Assembly (NCBI GenBank): GCA_963842815.1 | Contig: CAWJHU010000001.1 | Location: 179,020 to 243,019 of the forward strand | Source: Candidatus Nomurabacteria bacterium | GTDB taxonomy: Bacteria; Patescibacteriota; Minisyncoccia; Phycocordibacterales; UBA9973 | DNA length: 64,000 nt | Direction of reading: 5' to 3' | Shown: one piece after another, positions 18,261-28,539 of the stretch | Layout of the letters: each line of letters starts with the position of its first letter | Position numbering within the stretch: position 1 is the stretch's first letter | Notes under the pieces: generated by a model | What the model saw: the letters and a program-made list of their open reading frames with translations, nothing else | Database searches by the model: none | What the model was told of the DNA's origin: nothing | Made by a program: the position numbers and the translations under genes

Positions 18261-18911
18261 TTATTGTTCAAAATTCGGAGGGATGACCACCCCTTTGGTT
18301 TCTTCATATGGTTTTCCAACAACTTTTGTTAATTCACCATTATTTACTAAAACAACCTTTGTGGCTCCGTCTGAAAAATGCATTATAAAAGATGTATAAG
18401 AATTCTTATCATCTTCTGCTAACGGAACACCTGGCGTCACTTCTACACTATCTATAAATTTGCCATCACTAAATTGTTGACTAAAATCTATTAAACTTCT
18501 TTTTATTTCAATATCATATGCTTTTCCTATTTGCATATCTTTTATCCCTGGTGTTGCACTCAAAAGTTCAAAGCTTCCGGTTGTTTCATTAAAGAAAATA
18601 CCCTCAGGTAACTGTTCTTTTGAACCATGTTGGTTTAACTCTCCACCTAAGATTTTCGCTATTTTTATTTTTAATTTATGCTGACCTTCATAAAAAAATT
18701 CCTGAAAATCTTTTTTAACTTCGGGAGTATTTCTATGTTGTTGAGCAATTGCTTCTTGTGCAGTAAAAGAAGTTATTACTAAAAGAAGCCCACCTATGGT
18801 TTTCGCAGTCGAAGAGTGCATCTTTTTTAAGAAAGCTGATTCTTTATTTTTTACATTATTTTCAGAGTTTTCTGGAGATTCTATGTTGTTTTTTCTTTCA
18901 AAGGAAAACAT
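18261..18911 (-). CDS. Hypothetical secreted/membrane-anchored protein (216 aa)
   Basis: Hydrophobic segment TIGGLLLVITSFTAQEAIA after a basic N-terminus. Confidence 0.45.
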   Translation of the reverse strand: MFSFERKNNIESPENSENNVKNKESAFLKKMHSSTAKTIGGLLLVITSFTAQEAIAQQHRNTPEVKKDFQEFFYEGQHKLKIKIAKILGGELNQHGSKEQLPEGIFFNETTGSFELLSATPGIKDMQIGKAYDIEIKRSLIDFSQQFSDGKFIDSVEVTPGVPLAEDDKNSYTSFIMHFSDGATKVVLVNNGELTKVVGKPYEETKGVVIPPNFEQ

Positions 18912-19132
18912 GGTAAAACTATATCATAAGTTAAAAAAATATGGAAGATCAGGTGTTTATATTTTTAAAATAACAAAAAGCCCTTATGAATTCAGGTCCA
19001 TATTTTTGCTTTTTTGTTTGAATAATGTTAAGGTGGTAGTAGTTTATTAGTTAATCCGTTCGCCTTTAGATAGAGATAGTGTCTCACTTTATGGTGAAAC
19101 AATACTTTATTCTGAAGGAGAACTAAAAAAAT

Positions 19133-21246
19133 ATGAAGAAAAAAGAGTATTCAGTCGAGATTGGCGGCAAAACATTGACCGCTGTTTTCTCCGATTTAGC
19201 AGAGCAAGCGCATGGTTCGGTAATTTTAAAATATGGCGAGACGATTGTGCTCGCTACTGCCTGTATGTCTAAGGACAAGCAAGAAGGGCTCGGATTTTTC
19301 AATTTAACGGTGGATTATATGGAAAAGTTTTACGCGGCCGGGAAAATTTTAGGATCTCGATTTATGCATAGGGAAGGCAAACCGTCGGAAGACGCGATAC
19401 TGGCTTGCCGGGTCATAGACAGGACTCTGCGTCCGCTTTTTGACCAGTCTATTCGTCATGCGGTGCAAGTGATTACCACAGTTATCTCTTTAGATGTGGA
19501 TGATCCTACAATATTGGCCATTAATGCTGCTTCTCTAGCCTTGGCTGTGTCCGATATTCCTTGGGCAGGACCGATAGGGGCTGTGCGCATTGGGAAATAT
19601 AACGATGAAAATCTAAAAATAAATCCTGCACAGGCTTTAAGGCAAGATGACACAAAGTATAAATTTGACCTGACTATCTGCGGGAAGGGCGGGAATATAA
19701 ATATGATTGAGGCATCAGCTCATCAAATAAAGGAAGAAGAATTGGAAGAAGCATTCAAAGTAGCAAGTGAAGAAATAACTAAATTGGAGAATTTTCAGAA
19801 GAAAATAGTGGCTGAAATAGGTATTCCGAAAAGAGTGATAGAAAAAGAGAAAATTGGAGACGAATCAGTAAAATTATTCAAAGAAAATATTTTGCCCAAG
19901 ATGGAAGGCGCTTTGTTTGCCGGAGTGGGAAAAAAGAAAATAGATGAATTGCATAATGTCTGGAACAAAATGGTGGCAGAGAAATATTCGGATAGAAAAG
20001 ATTTTGCTTTGGAAGACAATCTTTTTGATGATACAGAAAATGATATGTTGCATGAAAAAGCTGTAAATGAAAATAAACGTGCGGACGGACGAGCCATGGA
20101 TGAACTTCGTGATTTGTATGTTCAAGCCGGAGGAATTTCTTCTATCTTGCATGGTTCAGCGGAATTTTTTATCGCGGAGGAACGCATGTGCTTTCCGTGC
20201 TTACTCTCGCCGGTCCTGAAGAAAAACTTTTGGTTGATGGCATGGAAAATAAAGAAGAAAAAAGATTTATGCATCATTATAATTTTCCGCCTTATTCTTC
20301 CGGAGAAGTGGGCAGAATCGGTACGACTAATCGCCGGGAAATAGGACACGGGGCTCTTGCTGAAAAAGCGCTGACCATGGTCTTGCCAAGTGTGGAAAAA
20401 TTTCCTTACACCATGCGCCTAGTTTCCGAATCAATGGCTTCCAACGGTTCCACTTCCCAGGCTTCCATCTGCGCCTCCTCGGTTGCCCTGATGGACGGAG
20501 GAGTGCCCATTAAAGCGCCGGTGGCCGGTATTGCCATGGGATTGATGTATGAGAATGATAATAAATATAAAATTTTGACCGACATCCAAGGTCCGGAAGA
20601 CCATCATGGCGATATGGATTTCAAAGTTGCCGGCACCAGGGAAGGTGTCACAGCTATCCAGTTGGATGTAAAGGTGGAAGGAGTGCCGATAAAAATATTG
20701 GGTGAGGCCATGAAACAGTCCCAGAAAGCGCGACTCCAAATTTTAGACACGATTGAAAAAGAAATTCCTGCGCCGAGAAAAGAAATTTCTCCAAATGCGC
20801 CGAAAATTTTAGTTATAAAAATCAAACCGGATCAAATCGGCATGGTTATAGGTAGCGGAGGAAAAGTCATTAAAGAAATAAAAGAAAAAACCGGAGCCGA
20901 AATAACCATTGAAGATGATGGAACAGTGTATTTAACCGGCAAAGACGACAAAGCCCAAAAGGCCAAAGCTGTCATAGAAGAAATGACCCACGAATTCAAG
21001 GTGGGAGAAATTTTGAAAGGCGAAGTGGTAAAATTAGCGGATTTTGGAGTCTTTGTCCGACTGAATCCTTTTACCGACGGAATGGTGCACATCTCCGAGA
21101 TGGCTCCGTTTCGCGTAGAACGAGTTAGCGATATAATAAGAGAAGGAACGATCGTGCCGGTGAAGGTTATAAAAATTGATGAAGAAAGAGGGAAAATTAG
21201 CTTGTCCATCAAGGAAGCAGATAAAAATTTCTTTAGAAAACCATAA
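19133..21246 (+). CDS. pnp: Polyribonucleotide nucleotidyltransferase (PNPase); single frame break in T6 run at 20165..20170 (T7 restores frame)
   Basis: RNase PH domains, then HGSA(E/I)FF-YRGGTHVLSVLTLAGPEE after adding one T, then KH (MVIGSGGKVIKEI) and S1 (GEVVKLADFGVFVRL) domains. Total ~705 aa. Confidence 0.85.
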
Positions 21247-21255
21247 AAATTTTCA

Positions 21256-22125
21256 ATGGATGAAAATAAATTAAAAAGTAAAAATGTGGAAACCTATGCG
21301 GAAGATATGGCCAAGGCCATTGGGGGCAATAAAGAAGGATTGATAAAAAAAATAATCCACGAAGAAGAAGAACACGAAGCCCAAAAGAAAAATTTATCTC
21401 CTAAATCTCAAAAAAATAGAATATTTATGCTCATCGGCATTATTCTCATAATTTTTGCTTTGGCTATTTTAATTTTTTTGGCATTTTTTAATAAAAAAAT
21501 TAACACTGTTTCCATTGCGCCCCAAATGGCTTCCCTTATTTTTACCGATCAGACCGATTTCAAAGCAATTGATGGATTTAACGAAAATAAAATAACGGAA
21601 ACCATTTTAAACCAAGTTAATAACACTAAAATAAAAATTGGCGGAATTGACGGAATTTATCTGACTGAAAATAATAAAGTTGTAGGGTTTAAAGAATTCA
21701 ACTCGCTCATAAAAAGCAGTCTGACTCCCGACCAGGTTAACTTAATTGGTGATAATTTTTTGCTTGGCGATTTTTACAGCGGATTGAAGCAAACTTCGCC
21801 CACAGCCGGGGATTTATTTATGCTTCTCAAAGTAAATTCTTTTTCCAGTGTATTTCCGATGATGCAAACTTGGGAAAATAAAATGCTTTATGATTTAGGC
21901 GGATTTTTCGGAGTAAATATAACTCCTGACACAAATTATTTATTCACAAAAAGTTTTGAGGACGGCATCGTGGCCAACAAAAACGCGCGAATGCTCAAAG
22001 ATAACAGCGGAAATATCGTATTGATGTATGTATTTGCCGATGATAATTCTATAATCATTTCCAATTCCACGAATGCGGTGAATGAAGTAATTTTGCGATT
22101 GAATTCCAGCAAGATAAAAAAGTAA
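21256..22125 (+). CDS. Hypothetical membrane protein (289 aa)
   Basis: Single TM FMLIGIILIIFALAILIFLAFF after a charged N-terminus. Confidence 0.5.
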   Translation: MDENKLKSKNVETYAEDMAKAIGGNKEGLIKKIIHEEEEHEAQKKNLSPKSQKNRIFMLIGIILIIFALAILIFLAFFNKKINTVSIAPQMASLIFTDQTDFKAIDGFNENKITETILNQVNNTKIKIGGIDGIYLTENNKVVGFKEFNSLIKSSLTPDQVNLIGDNFLLGDFYSGLKQTSPTAGDLFMLLKVNSFSSVFPMMQTWENKMLYDLGGFFGVNITPDTNYLFTKSFEDGIVANKNARMLKDNSGNIVLMYVFADDNSIIISNSTNAVNEVILRLNSSKIKK

Positions 22126-22232
22126 GCAGGCAGAAAACACAAAATTTTAGAGCCCGAGTATTTTTCTGCTGAAAAATCTCTCAAGACTCGCGCCGTCGCG
22201 CTCCGTAGTCTCTAAAATCTTGTGTTTCCTGC
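22126..22232. terminator. Long (~107 nt) imperfect palindrome / hairpin containing the 17-mer CTCGCGCCGTCGCGCTC (22186..22202), third member of the repeat family
   Basis: Arms GCAGGCAGAAAACACAAAATTTTAGAG / CTCTAAAATCTTGTGTTTCCTGCC. It lies between two plus-strand genes. Confidence 0.6.
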
Positions 22233-22285
22233 CTTTTTAAATATAGAATATTTGCTTTTTTTAATGAAAATGCTAGGCTTTAGGG

Positions 22286-22642
22286 ATGTTAGATAAGAAA
22301 AAAATAAAAGAAAAATTGGAAAGTGAAAGAGATGTTCTTTTGGGACAGCTTCGCGATATCGCAAAATTAAATCCGGAAACGAATGAATGGGAGGCGACCC
22401 CGGAAGAATTGAATTCCAGAGAATCGGACCAAAATGATATGGCGGACAGATTTGAGGATTTTGAGGAAAGAAGCATTATGATTAAAGCTTTGGAACCAAG
22501 GCTGAATAATATTTTGAGCGCGCTGAAGGGATTGAATAGGGAATCTTTCGGCAAATGTGAAGTGTGCAAAAAAGAAATTGAGATGGACAGGTTGGAAGCA
22601 AATCCGGCAGCTAAAACCTGCAAGAAGCATTTAAATAGTTAA
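22286..22642 (+). CDS. DksA/TraR-family C4 zinc-finger protein
   Basis: C-terminal CEVCKKEIEMDRLEANPAAKTCKKH four-Cys finger typical of DksA/TraR. Confidence 0.65.
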   Translation: MLDKKKIKEKLESERDVLLGQLRDIAKLNPETNEWEATPEELNSRESDQNDMADRFEDFEERSIMIKALEPRLNNILSALKGLNRESFGKCEVCKKEIEMDRLEANPAAKTCKKHLNS

Positions 22643-22656
22643 AAAATAAAAAATTA

Positions 22657-24231
22657 ATGTCTTTCGCAAGAGTTTATTCGGCACAAGTAAACCTCCTTTC
22701 CGGACAAATCGTAACGATTGAGGTGGATTTATCGCGCGGATTGCACACTTTTAATGTGGTTGGCCTGCCGGATAATGCCGTAAATGAATCCAAAGACAGA
22801 GTCAGTTCGGCTATCAAAAATTCCGGTTTCAAATCTCCCAAAGCCAAAAATCAAAAAATAATCGTTTCTCTTTCTCCGGCGGACCTCAAAAAAGAAGGGC
22901 CGTTTTTTGATTTGGCCATCGCTCTCGCTTATATGTTGGCCTCGGAGGATTTGAAATTTAATCCGGAGAAAAAGATTTTTCTGGGCGAACTCGGGTTGGA
23001 TGGAACGTTGCGCCGGATTCGGGGCGCCTTGCCTTTGGTGCAGGAAGCAAAACGGGCCGGTTATGAAGAAATTTATTTGCCGAAGGAAAATGCCGTTGAA
23101 GCGGCGCTGGTAGAGGGTATAAAAATTTTTGGCGCGGATAGTTTAAAAGAAGTAGTAGAGCATATTGATGAAACGAAACCTGTTCGTGGCACAGAAGAAA
23201 AAAACAAGGAAGATAAAAGAATAAAAGCTCAACCCAAAACGCAGATAATTTACAAAAGAGAAAAAATGAATTCGGATTTTTCCGATATCAAAGGGCAAGA
23301 AGGCGCGAAACGCGGACTTGAAATAGCGGCTGCCGGCGGGCACAATATCGCCATGTACGGTCCGCCGGGCACCGGCAAGACGATGTTGGCCCGGGCTTTC
23401 TCCCAGCTCTTGCCGGATTTGTCCCTGGAAGAAGTTTTGGAAATTACCAGCATTCATTCCGTGGCCGGAGTGTCCCACGGCGAACTCGTGTCTCTTCCTC
23501 CATTTCGTTCTCCGCATCATACTTCTTCCTATGTTTCCATTATCGGCGGAGGAACTTATCCGAAACCCGGGGAAGTGACCTTGGCCCATAAAGGCGTGCT
23601 GTTTCTGGATGAATTTCCCGAATTTGAAAAAAGAGTAATAGAATCTTTGCGTCAACCGCTGGAAGACAATATGGTTTCCATTTCCCGCGCCAAAGGCACT
23701 GCCTCTTTTCCTTCCAATTTTATCTTGGTAGCAGCCATGAATCCTTGTCCCTGCGGAAATGCCGGAAGCAAACAGAAAGCTTGCATCTGTCGGCCGTCGG
23801 ATTTGGACAGATATAAAAGAAAATTATCCGGACCGATAATGGACCGCATAGATTTGTGGGTTTCCGTCGGTAATGTGGATTATAAAAAGCTGGGAGAAGA
23901 CGGAGATAAAAATAAAAGCGAGCAAAGCGATAAAATAAAATATAGAGTAACCAATGCGCGCAAGATTCAAGAAAAAAGATTTGAAAAATTTGGTAGAAAT
24001 ATAAAAACAAACAGTGAAATGAATGTGAAAGATTTGTCCAATATGATAAAACTGAAAGAAGACGTCAGAAATTTGTTGGATGACAGCGCCGAACGTCTGG
24101 CTCTCTCCGCCCGGGCCTATCATCGAGTCATCAAAATCGCCCGCACCATCGCCGACCTTGAAAATTCGGAAGAAATTAATTCAAATCATATTCTGGAGGC
24201 AATACAATATAGACCAAAGGTGAATTCTTAG
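22657..24231 (+). CDS. comM: YifB/ComM family Mg-chelatase-like AAA+ ATPase
   Basis: N-terminal Lon-protease-like domain plus AAA core GPPGTGKTMLA ... VLFLDEFPEF ... MNPCPCG. Confidence 0.85.
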   Translation: MSFARVYSAQVNLLSGQIVTIEVDLSRGLHTFNVVGLPDNAVNESKDRVSSAIKNSGFKSPKAKNQKIIVSLSPADLKKEGPFFDLAIALAYMLASEDLKFNPEKKIFLGELGLDGTLRRIRGALPLVQEAKRAGYEEIYLPKENAVEAALVEGIKIFGADSLKEVVEHIDETKPVRGTEEKNKEDKRIKAQPKTQIIYKREKMNSDFSDIKGQEGAKRGLEIAAAGGHNIAMYGPPGTGKTMLARAFSQLLPDLSLEEVLEITSIHSVAGVSHGELVSLPPFRSPHHTSSYVSIIGGGTYPKPGEVTLAHKGVLFLDEFPEFEKRVIESLRQPLEDNMVSISRAKGTASFPSNFILVAAMNPCPCGNAGSKQKACICRPSDLDRYKRKLSGPIMDRIDLWVSVGNVDYKKLGEDGDKNKSEQSDKIKYRVTNARKIQEKRFEKFGRNIKTNSEMNVKDLSNMIKLKEDVRNLLDDSAERLALSARAYHRVIKIARTIADLENSEEINSNHILEAIQYRPKVNS

Positions 24232-24248
24232 TTATCCACAGGTGGGGT

Positions 24249-24277
24249 GTTGACAGTGAACGCTCGTTCACTTATAC
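24249..24277 (+). promoter_or_regulatory. Sigma70 promoter TTGACA-17-TATACT with an embedded LexA (Cheo-type) SOS box GAACgctcGTTC at 24257..24268
   Basis: The perfect inverted repeat GTGAACGCTCGTTCAC sits between the -35 and -10 boxes, immediately upstream of the small ORF + lexA. Confidence 0.7.
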
Positions 24278-24328
24278 TATTTACATAGGTTAGTCGGGAC
24301 CTTTTATAAAAATAAATAGTATAAATAT

Positions 24329-24523
24329 ATGTCACAAAAACAATATCTTAAAACCATAGAAAGAGAAATTAATAGAATCAATAAAATTATTGATTTGAAA
24401 ATAGTCCGCGGGGAAGAGTATTTTAGAGAAGCCAGAGACCACAAACTTCTCCTGAAAAAATTGCGTTTTCAAAACAGGCAGAACTTTTTTAGGCGCTTGT
24501 TTCCCAAATTTCTTTCACTCTAA
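24329..24523 (+). CDS. Small basic protein (64 aa) co-transcribed upstream of lexA, unknown function
   Basis: The ORF is 5 nt upstream of lexA and sits downstream of the SOS-box promoter. Confidence 0.4.
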   Translation: MSQKQYLKTIEREINRINKIIDLKIVRGEEYFREARDHKLLLKKLRFQNRQNFFRRLFPKFLSL

Positions 24524-24528
24524 ATTAA

Positions 24529-25095
24529 ATGACAAACCAGTATCAAGCAAAATTAGAAACTTTCTACGAAAAAAATAAAAGGATGCCCACCTATTCCGAA
24601 ATGATGGAACTTTTCAGTTTCAAATCCAAAAATGCCATTTTTAAAATCGTAGAAAAACTCGTGGAAGCGGGGATTGTCGCCAAGGACCACTTGGGCAGGC
24701 TCGTACCGACTAAAACTTTTAGCGAAATACCAAAGTTGGGTTTTGTCACTGCCGGACTTCCCGCCAGTGTGGAAGAAGAATTGACTGATACGGTGAACTT
24801 GGATGACTTTTTAATAAAAAATAAACCGTTGACCTATATGTTGGAAGTAGACGGCGATTCAATGATAGACGCGCATATAGAAAAAGGGGATATGGTGCTG
24901 GTGGAGAAGACCAGCCAGGCTAAAGACGGACAAATCGTCATTGCCGAAGTGGATGGGGAATTCACCATGAAATATTTTCACAAAGATGGCCCTAAGGCCT
25001 GGCTGGAACCGGCCAATAAAAATTATAAACCAATCTACCCGACCCAGAGCTTGAATGTGATAGCAGTATTAAAAGCAGTGGTTAGGAAATACTAG
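24529..25095 (+). CDS. lexA: LexA repressor (S24 peptidase)
   Basis: N-terminal wHTH. The C-terminal S24 region is MLEVDGDSMIDAHIEKGDMVLVEK ... (Ser-Lys dyad context). Confidence 0.8.
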   Translation: MTNQYQAKLETFYEKNKRMPTYSEMMELFSFKSKNAIFKIVEKLVEAGIVAKDHLGRLVPTKTFSEIPKLGFVTAGLPASVEEELTDTVNLDDFLIKNKPLTYMLEVDGDSMIDAHIEKGDMVLVEKTSQAKDGQIVIAEVDGEFTMKYFHKDGPKAWLEPANKNYKPIYPTQSLNVIAVLKAVVRKY

Positions 25096-25119
25096 ACTAA
25101 TTTGTGTTAAAATTAGTTA

Positions 25120-26262
25120 ATGGCAGATAAAGATACATTGGGTATTAATTTCAATAAAATATTGCGGATGATGAGTTTGAATAATTTCGCAATGGCATTT
25201 GTGTCTGTTTTCATACCGATTTTTTTATTAAAGCTTGGGTATTCTTTTCAAATGGTTATGTTGTGGATGATCATACAACATATTTCACTCCTAGCCACCG
25301 CTTTTATTACAGTATATGTCTCCAATCACATTGGATTGGTTCATTTATTTCATGTCAGATTTATTCTTCTTTTAACGTATTTTTCTCTTTTATTGTTTTG
25401 GTTGGAAGGTTCCCCAATACTTTTTTATTTTATTCCGATATTAATCGGCGCCGAGGGGGCATTTTATTGGATGCCACTCAATATACTTTTTGTTCGAAAC
25501 ACAGAAGAAGGTAATATGGGCAGTTCTATAAGTAAATTTTTTACTATTCCTAAAATATTAGCCATATTGAGTCCCGTAATTGGAGCACTTATCATAGTAC
25601 ATTTTGGTTTTACCGCATTATTTTCTTTTGCGATGATTTTGTTGTTTTTGGTATTTATACCAATACTGTCACTGCGATCTGAAAAAACTAGATTCATATT
25701 TTCATGGGAAAGAGCTGTGGAAATATTTAATAATAATAAAAAGTATTTTATTCCTGAAGTTATAGATAATATAGCGGAAGATGCGATGGTTATTTGGTCG
25801 ATTTTCATTTATTTTAAATTGGCAAGCACCTTGCAAGTAGGGATTATAGGGGGGATTGTGTCATGTGCATCATTATTTTTTACCCTAACATTAGGGAAAT
25901 TGACTGACAACTGGAATAAACATAAGCTTTTGAAAATTGGGGCAATCCTTCTAAGTCTGATGTGGGTAGTGAACTTTATTATAGGAGGATCTGTCCCAAA
26001 TAAGTGGTTGTTTTATATCGGAACAATTTTGGTAACATTATCCTTAAATGTGTTTCTTGTCCCGTATAGTTCGCTTTTGTTCAATAAAGCTAGAAAAGAC
26101 GATGCTCAATTTATAATTTTGCGTGAGATTCCAGTAGTTCTTGGAAGAATCATTTTATATGGAACGGCGATACTTTTATATAATAAACTACCAATCCTAT
26201 TCTTATTGATAGGAGTAATATTTATATATTTTTGGTTTTTGGACAGTAAAAAATTAGTATAA
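25120..26262 (+). CDS. MFS-type membrane transporter (380 aa, ~10-12 TM)
   Basis: Highly hydrophobic multi-TM ORF. Confidence 0.55.
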   Translation: MADKDTLGINFNKILRMMSLNNFAMAFVSVFIPIFLLKLGYSFQMVMLWMIIQHISLLATAFITVYVSNHIGLVHLFHVRFILLLTYFSLLLFWLEGSPILFYFIPILIGAEGAFYWMPLNILFVRNTEEGNMGSSISKFFTIPKILAILSPVIGALIIVHFGFTALFSFAMILLFLVFIPILSLRSEKTRFIFSWERAVEIFNNNKKYFIPEVIDNIAEDAMVIWSIFIYFKLASTLQVGIIGGIVSCASLFFTLTLGKLTDNWNKHKLLKIGAILLSLMWVVNFIIGGSVPNKWLFYIGTILVTLSLNVFLVPYSSLLFNKARKDDAQFIILREIPVVLGRIILYGTAILLYNKLPILFLLIGVIFIYFWFLDSKKLV

Positions 26263-26264
26263 AC

Positions 26265-26296
26265 TAAAAAATCCCCCAGAAGGGGATTTTTTAGTT
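26265..26296. terminator. Bidirectional rho-independent terminator AAAAAATCCCCCAGAAGGGGATTTTTT
   Basis: GC stem flanked by an A-run and a T-run between convergent genes. Confidence 0.7.
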
Positions 26297-26318
26297 TCTT
26301 TAATCTCGAGATAAAAGA

Positions 26319-26591
26319 TTAGGCAACTGCATCCTTCAAGGCTTTTGCAGCTCGGAATTTTGGAACTTTCTTGGCAGCCACTTTGACTTGCTCTCCGGTC
26401 TTTGGGTTGCGAGCCATTCGGGCAGCGCGTCCTTTTACGGAAAAGATTCCGAAACCAGCGATCGATACCTCTCCGCCTTTCTTCATGGTGCTGATGATGT
26501 TTTCAAAAACTCCATCCACGATTTCCTCGGCTTGTACTTTTGTACCGCCAAGTTTACCGTGTACCCATTCAGCTAATGCTTGTTTATTCAT
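26319..26591 (-). CDS. hup: DNA-binding protein HU
   Basis: MNKQALAEWV...GFGIFSVKGRAARMARNPKTGEQVKVAAKKVPKF is the HU/IHF signature. Confidence 0.9.
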   Translation of the reverse strand: MNKQALAEWVHGKLGGTKVQAEEIVDGVFENIISTMKKGGEVSIAGFGIFSVKGRAARMARNPKTGEQVKVAAKKVPKFRAAKALKDAVA

Positions 26592-26711
26592 ATTTAATAA
26601 GGTTATTTTTATTAATCTTCGACCTTGCCCCGCCGAAGGCGGTGGCCGTTTGTTTAATAATTACTACCAATACATTATATATCAAGGGTTTTTTAAGGCA
26701 AGCCTTGTATT

Positions 26712-28241
26712 TTATCTAGCGTATTCAATGATTCTGGTCTCCCGAATCATCGTGACCTTGATTTCTCCTGGATATTTCAATTCTTGTTCTATTTTAACGG
26801 CAATATCGTGCGCCATTATCTTGGCTTCGGCATCAGAAACTTTTTCCGGAGTGACAAATATGCGGATTTCACGGCCGGCTTGCAAAGCGTAGGATTTTTC
26901 TACCCCAGGAAAAGCGTTTACCAGCGCTTCCAGCTCCTGCAATCTCTTCAAATAATTTTCCACTGAATCTCGGCGAGCTCCCGGACGTCCGCCGGAAATG
27001 GCATCGGCTGTCTGAACGATAACCGCTTCTATGGTTTCATAAGGATAATCTTCATGGTGCGATTTCATGGCGGTAATAATGCGTTCATCTGCTCCGAATT
27101 TTTGCAGAATTCGCATACCTATTTCAATATGTGTACCTTGCACTTCATGGTCCAACGCTTTTCCTATGTCGTGTACCAATGCGCCTGCCTTAGCTATGGC
27201 CACATCTGCTCCAAGCTCTTCAGCCATCATCCCGGCAATGTGCGCCATCTCAATGGAATGCTGAAGAACGTTTTGTCCGTAGCTTGTGCGGAAATATAAT
27301 CGTCCGATGATGGCAATAATACGCGGGTCAAAATTAAATATTCCGCATTCATACACCGCCTGCTCGCCTTTTTCTTTGATTATTTTGTTTATTTCTTCTT
27401 TGGCTTTTTCCACCAGCTCTTCAATCTTGGCCGGCTGAATGCGTCCGTCCAGAATCAAATTTTCAAGCGCCAAACGGGCCACCTGGCGTCTGATAGGGTC
27501 AAAGGAAGAAATGATAATGGAACCCGGAGTGTCGTCCACAATGAGTTCCACGCCCGAAGCTCGTTCAAAAGCCCTTATATTTCGGCCTTCTTTTCCGATA
27601 ATTTTGCCTTTAATTTCATTGTTTGGAATGTTTACAATGGTGGTCATCAATTCTGACGCTGTACTTGAAGCCAAACGCTGAATGGAAGTGGCCAAAATAT
27701 CTTTAGCCCTATTGTCCAATTTTTCTTCATTATTATTTTCAAGTTTTTGGATTCTGATTAAAAGGTCTTCTTCGTATTTTTTTTCAATATCTCGCATCAG
27801 TACTTCCTTGGCCTCTTCTTCGGTCAATTTTGAAACTTTTTCCAATTCAACCCTTTTTTCTGCCTCTATGCCGGACACTTTTTCCTGAATCTTTTTTATC
27901 TCTTCCACTTTGAGTTTTATGTTTTCAGCTTCTTTGTTTATTTCAACCTGCCGAACATCCAAAAACTCATCTTTTTTGATAAGCCTTTTTTCTGTTTCTT
28001 TAAATTCTTCCTCTTTTTTCTTTTCTTCTTCCTTTAATTCCGCCAGCCTTTTTTCTACCTTATTTTTCGCTTCGTCCGTAATCTTTTGCGCTTCTTCTTT
28101 GGCGCCGACCATCATTTGTTTGATGTCTATTTCTATGGATTTTCTTTTCCCCAGGGCGACAATGACTCGGAGATAATATCCGATGCCCGCGCCCAAAAGG
28201 AGTACTGCTACTCCGATTAGAATTATTATTAATGTGCTCAT
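26712..28241 (-). CDS. rny: Ribonuclease Y
   Basis: N-terminal TM, coiled coil, KH domain (KGKIIGKEGRNIRAFE) and HD domain (LVHDIGK...). Confidence 0.85.
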   Translation of the reverse strand: MSTLIIILIGVAVLLLGAGIGYYLRVIVALGKRKSIEIDIKQMMVGAKEEAQKITDEAKNKVEKRLAELKEEEKKKEEEFKETEKRLIKKDEFLDVRQVEINKEAENIKLKVEEIKKIQEKVSGIEAEKRVELEKVSKLTEEEAKEVLMRDIEKKYEEDLLIRIQKLENNNEEKLDNRAKDILATSIQRLASSTASELMTTIVNIPNNEIKGKIIGKEGRNIRAFERASGVELIVDDTPGSIIISSFDPIRRQVARLALENLILDGRIQPAKIEELVEKAKEEINKIIKEKGEQAVYECGIFNFDPRIIAIIGRLYFRTSYGQNVLQHSIEMAHIAGMMAEELGADVAIAKAGALVHDIGKALDHEVQGTHIEIGMRILQKFGADERIITAMKSHHEDYPYETIEAVIVQTADAISGGRPGARRDSVENYLKRLQELEALVNAFPGVEKSYALQAGREIRIFVTPEKVSDAEAKIMAHDIAVKIEQELKYPGEIKVTMIRETRIIEYAR

Positions 28242-28539
28242 AAGCCTTTTCTCGGCCTATAAAAACAAACCACTATATTTGCATTAGATTTCTCTACTGG
28301 CAATTTTTGCAAAGATTTGAAAATTTCCCTTTAAAAACTTCATAAATATATGGAATATTCCTATAAACCGATCGAAAATAAATTTGTAAATTTCAACGAG
28401 TGAAGTATAACAAATTGTACTTATTTTGTCTATGAGTTGCTTTTTTTCATGAAATGTGTAATAATACTGGAGAGTTTAAAATAAAATGTTCTTCTAACAA
28501 ACTAATTTTTTCACTTTTTATTTTTCGGAGGGTTGCCAC

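Noticed and set aside
23143-24123. Several 65-170 aa minus-strand ORFs inside comM, and similar antisense ORFs inside hppA, pilB/pilC, rny and the Cys-repeat genes
   Set aside because: They are embedded antisense in strongly supported genes with recognisable motifs.
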